Assembly: GCA_965368975.1 (NCBI GenBank)
Contig: CBDUPA010000004.1
Coordinates: 160,001 to 224,000 of the forward strand
From: an uncultured bacterium
GTDB lineage: Bacteria > Acidobacteriota > Thermoanaerobaculia > Multivoradales > JAHZIX01
Direction of reading: 5' to 3'
Length of the DNA stretch: 64,000 nt
Both the position numbers and the translations under genes were made by a program. The notes below the pieces were generated by a model that was given only the letters and a program-made list of their open reading frames with translations, had not been told where the DNA came from and ran no database searches. Positions 1 to 8,760 of the stretch are shown one piece after another; within the stretch, counting starts at the first letter, position 1, and every line of letters begins with the position of its first letter.

Positions 1-1140
1 GCGTCCGTCCCGGTTGTCGAGCAGACCCAGGCCACCGTGCTGTTCGTGGTAGCCGGTGGTCAGGGTTTCGCCGGTTTGCTGGCCGTTGACCCACAGCAGG
101 ACCAGGCCGCAGACCAGCACCGGCAGGCCGGCGAGCAGCAGCAAGTGCAGGCGTCGCGCTACCTGCTGCCGCCAACTTCCCGCGTCCGACTTCAAGCCAC
201 AGAGCAGGAACGCCAGCGCCGCGACGGCCAGGAAGAGCACACTGGGCAACGGTCGCACCAGCACGCCGAAGCCCCAGGCCAGCCCCCCGAGCAGCGCCCA
301 ACGCGTCGCGGTGGCCGGATTCTCCTCCATGCGCAGCATGGCCCACAGGCCGAGCAACATGCAGGCGCCGCACGCCGGCTGCGAGAGGTCGGTGGCGCCG
401 GTGAGCACGAATTGCGGCGACACCACCAGCAACGCCGCGCCGAGCACCGCTTCCAGCTCACCGAAGAAACGTCGCCCGATTGCCCACGTCAGCACCAGCG
501 CCAAGCACGACAGCAGTGGTACTACCAAGAACCGCGCCGCCACCGCCTCGCCGACCGCGAGCAAGAGGGGATGGCCGATCGGATACTTGCCGTACCAGCC
601 GGCGGTGTTGTGCAGGATGAAGCGGTAGTCGAGAAAGGCGTAGTCGGCTTCCGGCACTGCCTCGGGCGTCGGTGTCGTAACCCGGCCGTCGAGCAGCGTC
701 TGGGCGATGAAGCGGTAGGTGCTCTCGTCGTCGGTGAGCGGCGAGTTCTGGAACAGCTGGAAGCGGACGCCCAGTGTCAAGACGAGCAACAAGCCGCACG
801 TCACGCCGAGCGTCAACTTTGGTCGCTGGGTTGCCTTGTGCAGCACGGCCAGCAATGCGGCTGGGATGGACGTCTGCAGCAGCGCCAGCGTCGTGAAGAC
901 CATCGCCAGGCTGCCGAAGACGAAGTACCAGAGCAGGAACACCATCTCCTGCGGTGGAATCGTCGTGACCCCGTCACCGTAGGCCAAGTGATGGCCGCCG
1001 GTGTACAGCCCCGCATCCCAGAAGCCGCGCAGGCTCAGGGCTGCCAGCAGCAGATACAAACACAGCCGGGCGAGCCGCGAGCGGCGGGCAGCGTCAGATT
1101 CCGAGGCCGTGCCAGAAGCTGTTTCAGAGTGCTCGTTCAC
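1..1140 (-). CDS. GT-C-fold membrane glycosyltransferase (ArnT/PMT-like), 3' end runs off the window
   Basis: My translation from GTG at 1140 is open to the window edge: (M)NEHSETAS...SPLTDDESTYRFIAQ...YGKYPIGHPLLLA...LLVVSPQFV...GVLVRP. It has many TM helices and a DDE motif after an early TM. Absent from the ORF track because no stop lies in the window; the + strand 37..1380 ORF is its shadow. Confidence 0.75.
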   Translation of the reverse strand, partial: MNEHSETASGTASESDAARRSRLARLCLYLLLAALSLRGFWDAGLYTGGHHLAYGDGVTTIPPQEMVFLLWYFVFGSLAMVFTTLALLQTSIPAALLAVLHKATQRPKLTLGVTCGLLLVLTLGVRFQLFQNSPLTDDESTYRFIAQTLLDGRVTTPTPEAVPEADYAFLDYRFILHNTAGWYGKYPIGHPLLLAVGEAVAARFLVVPLLSCLALVLTWAIGRRFFGELEAVLGAALLVVSPQFVLTGATDLSQPACGACMLLGLWAMLRMEENPATATRWALLGGLAWGFGVLVRPLPSVLFLAVAALAFLLCGLKSDAGSWRQQVARRLHLLLLAGLPVLVCGLVLLWVNGQQTGETLTTGYHEQHGGLGLLDNRDGR

Positions 1141-1215
1141 CCTCCAAGACTACCAGGGTCCGGAACACCGAGAGTGGATTTGCCCGTCAAGTTGAACTTC
1201 TGGCAGGCTTCGAGC

Positions 1216-1380
1216 ATGGCGACCTTCAAAGACCATTTCTCGACCCAGGCAGATACCTACACGCAATCCCCCCCCCCCAGTACCTACCCCCACCAGTGCC
1301 TACCCCCACCAGTGCCTACCCCCACCAGTGCCTACCCTGCGGCGCAGCCGCCTCCGGATCCCCTACGGCCGAGCCGTTAG
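1216..1380 (+). pseudogene. N-terminal remnant of a class I SAM-dependent methyltransferase, degenerating into a C-rich repeat
   Basis: MATFKDHFSTQADTYTQSPPPSTYP resembles the FKDHFSxxAxxYxxxRPxYP start of a common methyltransferase family; similarity ends at a C11 run and the tandem repeat. Confidence 0.55.
1268..1337. repeat. C11 homopolymer plus 16-bp tandem repeat (CCTACCCCCACCAGTG x3 + partial)
   Basis: Perfect units at 1283-1298, 1299-1314 and 1315-1330, partial unit 1331-1337; C run 1268-1278. Confidence 0.95.
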
Positions 1381-2328
1381 CCCGACGCCCGGCAGCCCGA
1401 CCCCCGGTGCCGGACGCTCGCGCAGCACGTCGCGACGGAAGCTGAACAGCTCTGCTGGCCGGCCCCCCGTGTGGGTGTCCAGGCGGCCGGTGCCCTCGAC
1501 CAGGCCACCGCGTTCGACCAGGCGGCGGAAGTTCTGCTTGTGCAACTCGACGCCGCTCAAGGCTTCCACCACGCGTTGCAGCTGCAGCAGGGTGAACTCC
1601 GGCGGCAGGAGCTCGAAGACGACAGGACGATACTTGATCTTGCCGCGCAGACGGCCGAGAGCGGTGGACAGGATGCGTCTGTGGTCGAGGGCGAGGGGAT
1701 GTCCCAGGGGATCCGCCGGTGGAACGTCGCCGTGGTCGCGGTGGGCTTCGGCGGTGAGGCCCATTTCGTAGAGCAACTCGTAGCGGTCGAGCACACGCTC
1801 GCCGTCCCAGCTGGCGCCGCCGAGGCCGAAGGCAATGTCGGTGCGCTCGCGGCGCAGGCGGCGGAGGTCGTCTTCGGCTTCCTGGACCCAGTCTCGGATC
1901 GCCGGCACGATCGCTGCGTCGAGAACCGGAGGTCGACCGTGGCGCCAGTCTTCCCAGGGGAAGTAGCGGTAGATGTCCTGCCAGCCAGCGTGGTCCGTTG
2001 CCCGCTCTGACTCCACCAACAAGCCGAGGTAGGCGATCGAGATGACGCGCGGACCGGTGGGGCCGCGGCGAGCGCGGTCACCGAAGGTGTAGAGCTGTTC
2101 GACGTAGCCGAGCTCCAAACCGGTCTGCTCGCGCACCCAGCCGCGCAGTCCCAGCTCCAGCGTGCGGTCGCGCTTGGGGTCGAGCGGGCCGAAGGGCAGG
2201 GCTTCGCCGTCGAGGTCGCCCGCGTCCGGCCGGTGGACGATGAGGATGCGGGGTTGTTCGCGCGTGACCGCGACGATGACGGCGTTGAGGTCGATGACCA
2301 CGGGCTGGGCGGCGAGGGATTGCATCAC
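1363..2328 (-). CDS. nadQ: NUDIX-wHTH transcriptional regulator of the NrtR/NadQ type (NAD metabolism regulator)
   Basis: LPFGP...RTLELGLRGWVREQTGLELGYVEQLYTFGDR, FPWEDWR insert, DHRRIL...RLRGKIKYRP, FTLLQLQ...HKQNFRRLV...GGRPAELF. Confidence 0.8.
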   Translation of the reverse strand: MMQSLAAQPVVIDLNAVIVAVTREQPRILIVHRPDAGDLDGEALPFGPLDPKRDRTLELGLRGWVREQTGLELGYVEQLYTFGDRARRGPTGPRVISIAYLGLLVESERATDHAGWQDIYRYFPWEDWRHGRPPVLDAAIVPAIRDWVQEAEDDLRRLRRERTDIAFGLGGASWDGERVLDRYELLYEMGLTAEAHRDHGDVPPADPLGHPLALDHRRILSTALGRLRGKIKYRPVVFELLPPEFTLLQLQRVVEALSGVELHKQNFRRLVERGGLVEGTGRLDTHTGGRPAELFSFRRDVLRERPAPGVGLPGVGLTARP

Positions 2329-2337
2329 CCAACCATT

Positions 2338-3429
2338 CTAAGCTGCCACGACCCCCGCACCCAGACATTCCTCATCGGCGTAGAAGACAGCGAACTGCCC
2401 CTCTGCGATGCCAGGGTCGCTGGTTTCCAGCAGAACCCGCAGCCGTCCGGGAGCATCGCTGGCGCGCAGGCTGCAGGGCAGCAGTTGCGGGCCGTGGCGC
2501 AGCTTGACGTGCAGCTGTTCCTCCAGCTTGGGCGGCGAGGAACCCAGCCAGTGCAGGTCGTCGATCTCGAACTCTGAGCGTTCAACATCCTGCAGGTGCT
2601 CGCGGTGGGAGACCCACAGGACGTTGGCGTCCACGTCCTTGCGCACGACATACCAGGGGCCACCGGACAGGCCGAGGCCGCGGCGCTGGCCGATGGTGGC
2701 GAACCAGTAACCGCGATGTTCACCGAGGACGCGTCCAGTTTCCAGCTCGCGAATCTCGCCTGGCCGTTCACCCAGGTGGTGGCGGACGAAGTCGTCAAAG
2801 GGGATCTGGCCGAGAAAGCAAATGCCCTGGCTGTCGGGACGCTCCTGGTTGGGCAGGTCGTAGTTTGCGGCCAGCCGGCGCACTTCGGCCTTGGTGTAGG
2901 GGCCGAGCGGGAAGCGGCAGCGCTGCAGTTGTGCCTGAGTGAGCCGGCTGAGAAAGTAGGTCTGATCCTTGATCGGGTCGGGACTGCGCAGCAAGTGGAC
3001 GCTGCCAGCCGGGTCCAGCCACAGCTGTGCATAGTGGCCCGAAGCAACAGACTCGAAAGCCCCTTCTGACTCGCTGGTGGCCAGCGCGTCGACGTGCTCC
3101 AGGAAGGTGCCGAACTTGATCCGTCGGTTGCACAGGACGTCCGAGCTGGGGGTGCGGCCGGCGCGCAACTCGTCGAGGGTGTAGGCGACGATGCGCTGCT
3201 GGTACTCGCGCTGCATGGGTACCACGTGCAGGGGCACTCCTGCTTGCTCGCACACGGCACGGGCGTAGCGCAGATCCTCTTCCCACGGGCAATCGCCGAG
3301 AAAGGCCAGCTCGTCCTCGAGCCAGATCTTGAGGTAGAAGGCCTGGACATCGAGCTGAGGCTCTTCGAGCAGCAGTCGAAGCGCCACGGAACTGTCGACA
3401 CCACCGGAAAGCAGCATGGCCACGCGCAT
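2338..3429 (-). CDS. mnmA: tRNA 2-thiouridylase MnmA
   Basis: SGGVDS PP-loop, DVLCNRRIKF, ASGHYA, KDQTYFL, DSQGICF, TIGQRRGLG. Confidence 0.95.
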   Translation of the reverse strand: MRVAMLLSGGVDSSVALRLLLEEPQLDVQAFYLKIWLEDELAFLGDCPWEEDLRYARAVCEQAGVPLHVVPMQREYQQRIVAYTLDELRAGRTPSSDVLCNRRIKFGTFLEHVDALATSESEGAFESVASGHYAQLWLDPAGSVHLLRSPDPIKDQTYFLSRLTQAQLQRCRFPLGPYTKAEVRRLAANYDLPNQERPDSQGICFLGQIPFDDFVRHHLGERPGEIRELETGRVLGEHRGYWFATIGQRRGLGLSGGPWYVVRKDVDANVLWVSHREHLQDVERSEFEIDDLHWLGSSPPKLEEQLHVKLRHGPQLLPCSLRASDAPGRLRVLLETSDPGIAEGQFAVFYADEECLGAGVVAA

Positions 3430-3556
3430 GCTCTGATGCTACTTCACGTCGCAGTGTCGGGGCACAGTCTGTGCCTGCAGCCTGTGTCGGCGGGTTCGTG
3501 ATAAGCTCCTGCGGCATATTCCACGTCAAGAACCACATGCTAGGAGACCCTCCGCG

Positions 3557-5620
3557 ATGAACCGCCTGCCCACTACTTTTCTCTGTTGTCTGCTTCTCCT
3601 GATTGCCGTGTTGCCGGCGACCCAGGCAGCTGCTTCGGACGCATCCGCGGACGAGCGCCTCCTGCGAGTCGAAGAAGCCAACCCGCGCAGTCTGCACGGT
3701 CCGTACCCGACGCTGGTGGATAGCGTGCGCCTGGAGGCGCTCGATCTCGACAAGCTGCGCGCGGAAGACGAGCTGCGCGCCACCCAAGGTCTGCCGGGAC
3801 GGTTCGCTGTCGCCAACCCGGTGCAGATCAACCCGCTCAGCCATGGCGCTTGGACGGTGCTGGCCGATGGAACGCACCAATGGCGTTTCCGGGTCCAGGC
3901 TCCGGGCGCGACGTCCCTGAACTTCGCCTTCGAACGTTTCGAGCTGCCGGCCGACGCGCGCTTGACCGTCACCTCGACCGATGGTCAGTTGTGGTTGCCG
4001 GCGTTCACGGCGCGCGATCAGCGCGAGGGCCAGCTGTGGACACCGCTGCTGCGCACCGACGATGTGCTCCTCGAGCTGATGGTGCCGGCCGCACAGCGCG
4101 ACCAAGTACACCTGGAGTTGACCGGTATCCAGCAGGGTTACCGCGGTTTCGGTGCCCAGGAGCCCGGTACGGAAGGGGCCGACAAGTCCGGGGCCTGCAA
4201 TGTCGACGTGGTGTGTCCCGAGGGCAACGGCTGGCGCAGTCAGATCCGTTCGGTCGGTGTCTACAGCATCAACGGCATCTTCTTCTGCACCGGCTCGATG
4301 ATGCACAACACCTCGCAGGACTTCCGTCCGCTGTTCCTGACCGCCGACCACTGCGACGTGTCCACGGGCAATGACCAGTCCGTGGTCGTCTACTTCAACT
4401 ACGAGAATTCGACCTGCCGCACGCCGGGAGGAGCCGCCAGCGGCGGTAACGGCAACGGCCAGCTGAACCAGTTCGTCAGCGGTACCACACTGCGGGCCAA
4501 CGGCGCGGCTTCGGACTTCAGCTTGCTCGAACTCAGCGCCGACCCCAACCCGGCATGGAACGTGTTCTGGAACGGCTGGGACCGGCGCACGATCGATCCT
4601 TCCTCGGCGGTCGCAATCCACCATCCCAACACGGACGAGAAGCGCATTAGCTTCGAGAATCAGCCGCTGACGACGACCGGTTACACGGGTAGCAACAGCC
4701 CCGGTGACGGTACCCACTTGCGGGTCGAAGACTGGGATGTCGGGACGACCGAAGGTGGTTCTTCAGGCTCGCCGCTGTACAGCCCGCAGGGACGGGTGAT
4801 CGGCCAGCTGCACGGGGGTTTTGCGGCTTGCGGCAACAACCTGCCGGACTGGTACGGTCGTCTGTCGTACTCGTGGAATGCCGGTGGCAGCGCCGCGGCG
4901 CGGCTTCGGGATTGGCTGGACCCGGTGGGCAGCAACGTCCAGACCCTCAACGGCGCCAACAAGCCCACCGGCGGCAACCAGATCCCGGCCGCTCCGAGCA
5001 ACCTGAAGGTGCAGGCGACGTCCAACACCGAGGTGCAGCTGACCTGGAACGACAACTCGGACGACGAGGATCTGTTCCGTATCCAGATGAGCACGGATGG
5101 GGCGACCTACAACAATATCGGTGATTTGCCGGCGAATTCGACCGCGGCGAACATCAGCGGCCTGACGCCCGGGGCGGACTACTACTTCCGTGTTCGGGCG
5201 CGCAATGACGTTGGCAGTTCGGCGGCGTCCAACGTCGCGATGATCACCATGTCGCAGGTCACCGGACCTTGCGTGCCGGGTGTGTCGACGCTGTGCCTCA
5301 ACAAGGATCGTTTCCAAGTGCGGGCCGACTGGCGGCGCTCGAATGGCACCAGTGGAGCCGGGACGGGAGTCGAACTGACGGACGACACCGGCTACTTCTA
5401 TTTCTTCAACAGTGACAACGTCGAGATGGTGATCAAGGTTCTGGACGCCTGCGGCGGAAGCTTCGATCGCTTCTGGGTCTTCGCCGGAGGCCTGACGAAC
5501 GTAGAGGTTGACGTTATCGTGACCGACACGCAGACGGGGTCGATCCAGACCTACTCGAATCCGTTGAATACACCCTTTCAGCCGATTCAGGACACCAACG
5601 CCTTCGCCACCTGTCCCTGA
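3557..5620 (+). CDS. Secreted lysyl-endopeptidase-like S1 serine protease with propeptide, Fn3 domain and uncharacterised C-terminal domain
   Basis: Signal peptide; catalytic triad LTADHC / SDFSLL / TEGGSSGSP; GQLHGG...DWYGR; Fn3 (APSNL...LTWNDNS...GLTPGADYYFRVRA); AGGAGA SD. Confidence 0.85.
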   Translation: MNRLPTTFLCCLLLLIAVLPATQAAASDASADERLLRVEEANPRSLHGPYPTLVDSVRLEALDLDKLRAEDELRATQGLPGRFAVANPVQINPLSHGAWTVLADGTHQWRFRVQAPGATSLNFAFERFELPADARLTVTSTDGQLWLPAFTARDQREGQLWTPLLRTDDVLLELMVPAAQRDQVHLELTGIQQGYRGFGAQEPGTEGADKSGACNVDVVCPEGNGWRSQIRSVGVYSINGIFFCTGSMMHNTSQDFRPLFLTADHCDVSTGNDQSVVVYFNYENSTCRTPGGAASGGNGNGQLNQFVSGTTLRANGAASDFSLLELSADPNPAWNVFWNGWDRRTIDPSSAVAIHHPNTDEKRISFENQPLTTTGYTGSNSPGDGTHLRVEDWDVGTTEGGSSGSPLYSPQGRVIGQLHGGFAACGNNLPDWYGRLSYSWNAGGSAAARLRDWLDPVGSNVQTLNGANKPTGGNQIPAAPSNLKVQATSNTEVQLTWNDNSDDEDLFRIQMSTDGATYNNIGDLPANSTAANISGLTPGADYYFRVRARNDVGSSAASNVAMITMSQVTGPCVPGVSTLCLNKDRFQVRADWRRSNGTSGAGTGVELTDDTGYFYFFNSDNVEMVIKVLDACGGSFDRFWVFAGGLTNVEVDVIVTDTQTGSIQTYSNPLNTPFQPIQDTNAFATCP

Positions 5621-5661
5621 TCGCCAGCGATCTCGACATACCAGTCCTGTTGACTGCATGG

Positions 5662-5697
5662 GCAAACACCGCCGCGGAGTTCCGTGGCGGTGTTTGC
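5662..5697 (+). terminator. Stem-loop after the protease gene, likely intrinsic terminator
   Basis: GCAAACACCGCCGCGGA-gt-TCCGTGGCGGTGTTTGC near-perfect inverted repeat. Confidence 0.65.
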
Positions 5698-5728
5698 GTT
5701 GGTGACAGGCCTACGGAGGTCGACCGTG

Positions 5729-6178
5729 ATGAACCGCTTGTTGATCGCTTCCCTGCACCTACAGGCTCTGCATCGTCACGCCGAGGCTACCTATCCGGAG
5801 GAGTGCTGCGGCTTCCTGATCGGCCGTAAGCTTCACGACGAGCCTCCCACAGTGATGGTCGAACAGGTGCTGGCAGCGCACAATGATCGTGAGGACCAAC
5901 GGCACAGCCGCTTCGTCATCGCACCCGAGACCGTGCTGGCGACACACAAGCGAGCCCGAGCCCAACAGCTCGACGTGGTCGGCTACTATCACTCCCACCC
6001 GGATGCACCCGCACGGCCGAGTGAGCTCGATCGCGAGTTCGCCTGGCCCGATCTGAGTTACCTGATCGTGTCGGTGCGCAAGGGGCGAGTGGCGCAGACT
6101 CGGAGTTGGCGCTTGCGCGGCGATCGGGGACGCTTCGAGGAGGAAGACGTGGCTGACTTGTCTGGGGAGAACCGATGA
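5729..6178 (+). CDS. JAB/MPN+ (M67) metallopeptidase, Mec-like sulfur-carrier peptidase
   Basis: YPEECCGFL, YYHSHPD...PSELD JAMM motif; GGAGG SD before ATG 5729. Confidence 0.9.
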   Translation: MNRLLIASLHLQALHRHAEATYPEECCGFLIGRKLHDEPPTVMVEQVLAAHNDREDQRHSRFVIAPETVLATHKRARAQQLDVVGYYHSHPDAPARPSELDREFAWPDLSYLIVSVRKGRVAQTRSWRLRGDRGRFEEEDVADLSGENR

Positions 6179-6197
6179 GCCATTGGGAGAGCGTGTG

Positions 6198-7349
6198 ATG
6201 GATAGATCGCAGCCGCTGAGCGCGGCCGAAGTTCGGCGTTACAGTCGCCACTTGATCCTGCCCGAAGTGGGCATGGAAGGGCAGCTCGAACTCAAGCAAG
6301 CGCGCGTGCTGCTGGTCGGTACCGGTGGCCTCGGCTCGCCGCTCGGCCTCTACCTGGCGGCTGCCGGCGTCGGAACGCTTGGGCTGGTGGACTTCGACGT
6401 GGTCGACGAATCCAACCTACAACGCCAAGTACTGTTCGGCCAGGAAGATGTCGGGCGTCCCAAGATCGAAGCCGCCGTGGACCGCCTGCGCGGCATCAAT
6501 CCACACATTCGCCTCGAGCCGCACGCGATGCGTCTCGATGCGGACAACGCGCTACAGCTCTTCGAGTCCTACGACATCATCGTCGACGGCACCGACAATT
6601 TTCCCACTCGCTACCTGGTGAACGATGCTTGCGTGCTGCTTGGCAAGCCCAATGTCTACGGCTCTATCTTCCGCTTCGAAGGCCAGGTGTCGGTGTTCTG
6701 GGGTGCCCGCGGGCCCTGCTATCGCTGTCTGTTCCCCGAGCCGCCGCCGCCGGGGCTGGTGCCGTCGTGCGCCGAGGGCGGTGTGCTCGGCGTGCTGCCG
6801 GGCATCATCGGCTCGCTGCAGGCGAACGAAGTGATCAAGCTGATCCTCGACCAGGGCGACTCGATGATTGGGCGTCTACTGCTGTTCGACGCGCTCAAGA
6901 TGCAGTTCCGTGAGCTGCGCCTGCGCAAGGACGCCGAATGCCCGCTGTGCGGCGACAATCCGACCCAGACGGAGTTGATCGACTACCAACAGTTCTGCGG
7001 TGTCCAGGCGGAGCCGGAGCTGCCCGAAGACCAGTTCGAGATCACCGTCGAGACCCTGCGACAGTGGCGCAATGAAGGGCGCCAGCTGACCCTTGTCGAC
7101 GTGCGAACGGAACAGGAGGATGCCATTTGCCGTATCGACGGTGCACAGCTGATTCCGCTGCACGAGCTGCCGCGCCGCTTACACGAGCTGGGCGATGCCG
7201 AATTGGTCGTGGTGCACTGCCACCATGGTATCCGGTCGGCCCAGGCGACCCACTTGCTGCGCCAGACCGGCTTTGAGAAGACGTGGAATTTGGCCGGTGG
7301 AATCGATGCCTGGGCGCTGCGCGTGGAGCCGTCCATGCCGCGCTACTGA
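6198..7349 (+). CDS. moeB: MoeB/MoeZ-type E1-like adenylyltransferase with C-terminal rhodanese domain
   Basis: RYSRHLILPEVG, GTGGLGSP, SNLQRQ, DGTDNF, CYRC, SCAEGGVLG, CPLC; rhodanese HCHHGIRS...NLAGGIDAW. Confidence 0.92.
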   Translation: MDRSQPLSAAEVRRYSRHLILPEVGMEGQLELKQARVLLVGTGGLGSPLGLYLAAAGVGTLGLVDFDVVDESNLQRQVLFGQEDVGRPKIEAAVDRLRGINPHIRLEPHAMRLDADNALQLFESYDIIVDGTDNFPTRYLVNDACVLLGKPNVYGSIFRFEGQVSVFWGARGPCYRCLFPEPPPPGLVPSCAEGGVLGVLPGIIGSLQANEVIKLILDQGDSMIGRLLLFDALKMQFRELRLRKDAECPLCGDNPTQTELIDYQQFCGVQAEPELPEDQFEITVETLRQWRNEGRQLTLVDVRTEQEDAICRIDGAQLIPLHELPRRLHELGDAELVVVHCHHGIRSAQATHLLRQTGFEKTWNLAGGIDAWALRVEPSMPRY

Positions 7350-7429
7350 TCCGAGCACGAGAGCGCGGCCGTGAGTTGGGCTCAGGCTGTTCTTTGCTCC
7401 GGAGATTGACGATTTGCTAGGCTGTGTGC

Positions 7430-8758
7430 ATGAACACGTCCACAGCTTCGCAGGCCCACATCGCCGGCCGCTGGTTCGCCGGTGTCTTGTCGATGGTGTT
7501 TCTGGCTGAGGTGGCATGCGGTCCGGACGGCTCTGACGATTGGTCCCGGTTCCGCGGGCGCAACGGAGACGGCCTGATCGCCGACAGCCGAGAAGGTGCC
7601 GGGGGCCTTCCCGTAGAGTGGAGTGCCGAACAAGGGATCCGCTGGAAGGCATCCCTGCGCGGTACCGGCAACTCATCCCCCATCGTGCACCGAGGTCAGG
7701 TGTTTCTGACGGCTGCCTGGGAAGTTGGGGGTGGCGCTGCGGGCAAGCAGCGCGCCGTGCTGGCCTTCGACCTGGCCACCGGTGCAGAACTCTGGGCCAC
7801 CGAATTGTTCTCCGCCACACCGGAGAAGAAGCATCGTTTCAACACACTGGCGGCACCCTCTCCGGTGGTCGACGATGCTGTCTACGTCTACTTCGGTTCG
7901 GTGCTGGCAGCCCTCGAATTCGATGGTAGCGTGCGCTGGCAGCACGAGATCGACCCGACGTATGCGCAGTTCTCGCGCTACGGTGCCGCAAGTTCGCCGG
8001 TGTTGACGCGCGAGTCCGTGATTGTCGTCCAGGACCGTGAGTGGGCACAGACCGAGGACGTCGGCTGGATCAGTGCCTTTGATCGCAAGACCGGTGAGCC
8101 GCTGTGGCGCAGCGAATGGCGAAACACCTGCTGTTCCTACTCGACGCCGTTGGTCGTCGACCGAGGTGCCGGCGAAGAGATCCTGTTCGCCCAGTCGGGC
8201 TCGATCGTGTCCTATGCCGCGGCGGACGGCCAGCAGCTGTGGTCCCATTCCGTCGAGATCAACCAGATGGTCTCCAGTCCGGTGCTCGACGGGGACTTGC
8301 TGGTGATGGCTGGTGGCGCCAATCAGATCCGTTCGACCGAAATGCTGCGCCTCACGGGTAGTGGTGCCCGGACAACCGTCGAGACATTGTGGCAGAGCAA
8401 GCGGTTCGCGCCGCAGGATGCTTCGCCGGTGCTGTACCAGGGCAAGGTCATCACCGTCACCGATCAGGGGATCGCGGCCGCCCACGAGGCACATACAGGG
8501 GCTGAACTGTGGCATGGACGTCTGGGGCGCGGGCGCATGCGCGCGTCGCTGGTCGCGGGGGACGGCCGGGTGTATGCCACCTCCAGCGGTGGCGCGGTAG
8601 TCGTCTTTTCTGCCGGCGATACCTTCGAGAAGTTGGCTGAGAACGAACTCGGTGAGACCGGAACGAACGCCAGTCCCGGCTTCGCCGATGGCTGCCTGCT
8701 ACTGCGTACGAGCGAGCACCTGTGGTGCGTCGAAGCTCGGCCGGTCACGGCGAACTGA
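7430..8758 (+). CDS. PQQ-binding-like beta-propeller lipoprotein, paralog 1
   Basis: Lipobox-like EVAC, DWSRFRGRNG, repeated SSP...D..TG..LW blades; start 7430 chosen from TGnTAGGCT -10 element 6 nt upstream. Confidence 0.8.
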   Translation: MNTSTASQAHIAGRWFAGVLSMVFLAEVACGPDGSDDWSRFRGRNGDGLIADSREGAGGLPVEWSAEQGIRWKASLRGTGNSSPIVHRGQVFLTAAWEVGGGAAGKQRAVLAFDLATGAELWATELFSATPEKKHRFNTLAAPSPVVDDAVYVYFGSVLAALEFDGSVRWQHEIDPTYAQFSRYGAASSPVLTRESVIVVQDREWAQTEDVGWISAFDRKTGEPLWRSEWRNTCCSYSTPLVVDRGAGEEILFAQSGSIVSYAAADGQQLWSHSVEINQMVSSPVLDGDLLVMAGGANQIRSTEMLRLTGSGARTTVETLWQSKRFAPQDASPVLYQGKVITVTDQGIAAAHEAHTGAELWHGRLGRGRMRASLVAGDGRVYATSSGGAVVVFSAGDTFEKLAENELGETGTNASPGFADGCLLLRTSEHLWCVEARPVTAN

Positions 8759-8760
8759 CG

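Noticed and set aside
37-1215. 447-aa + strand ORF
   Set aside because: Antisense shadow of the minus-strand GT-C membrane protein; only its last 55 codons (1216-1380) look like a real gene remnant
1283-1337. 16-bp repeats as a CRISPR array
   Set aside because: Head-to-tail repeats with no spacers, too short, and no cas genes
5729-7349. JAB + E1 as a CBASS/Bil-type ubiquitin-like antiphage system
   Set aside because: The E1 is a canonical MoeZ with rhodanese; no E2, CD-NTase or Ubl gene adjacent
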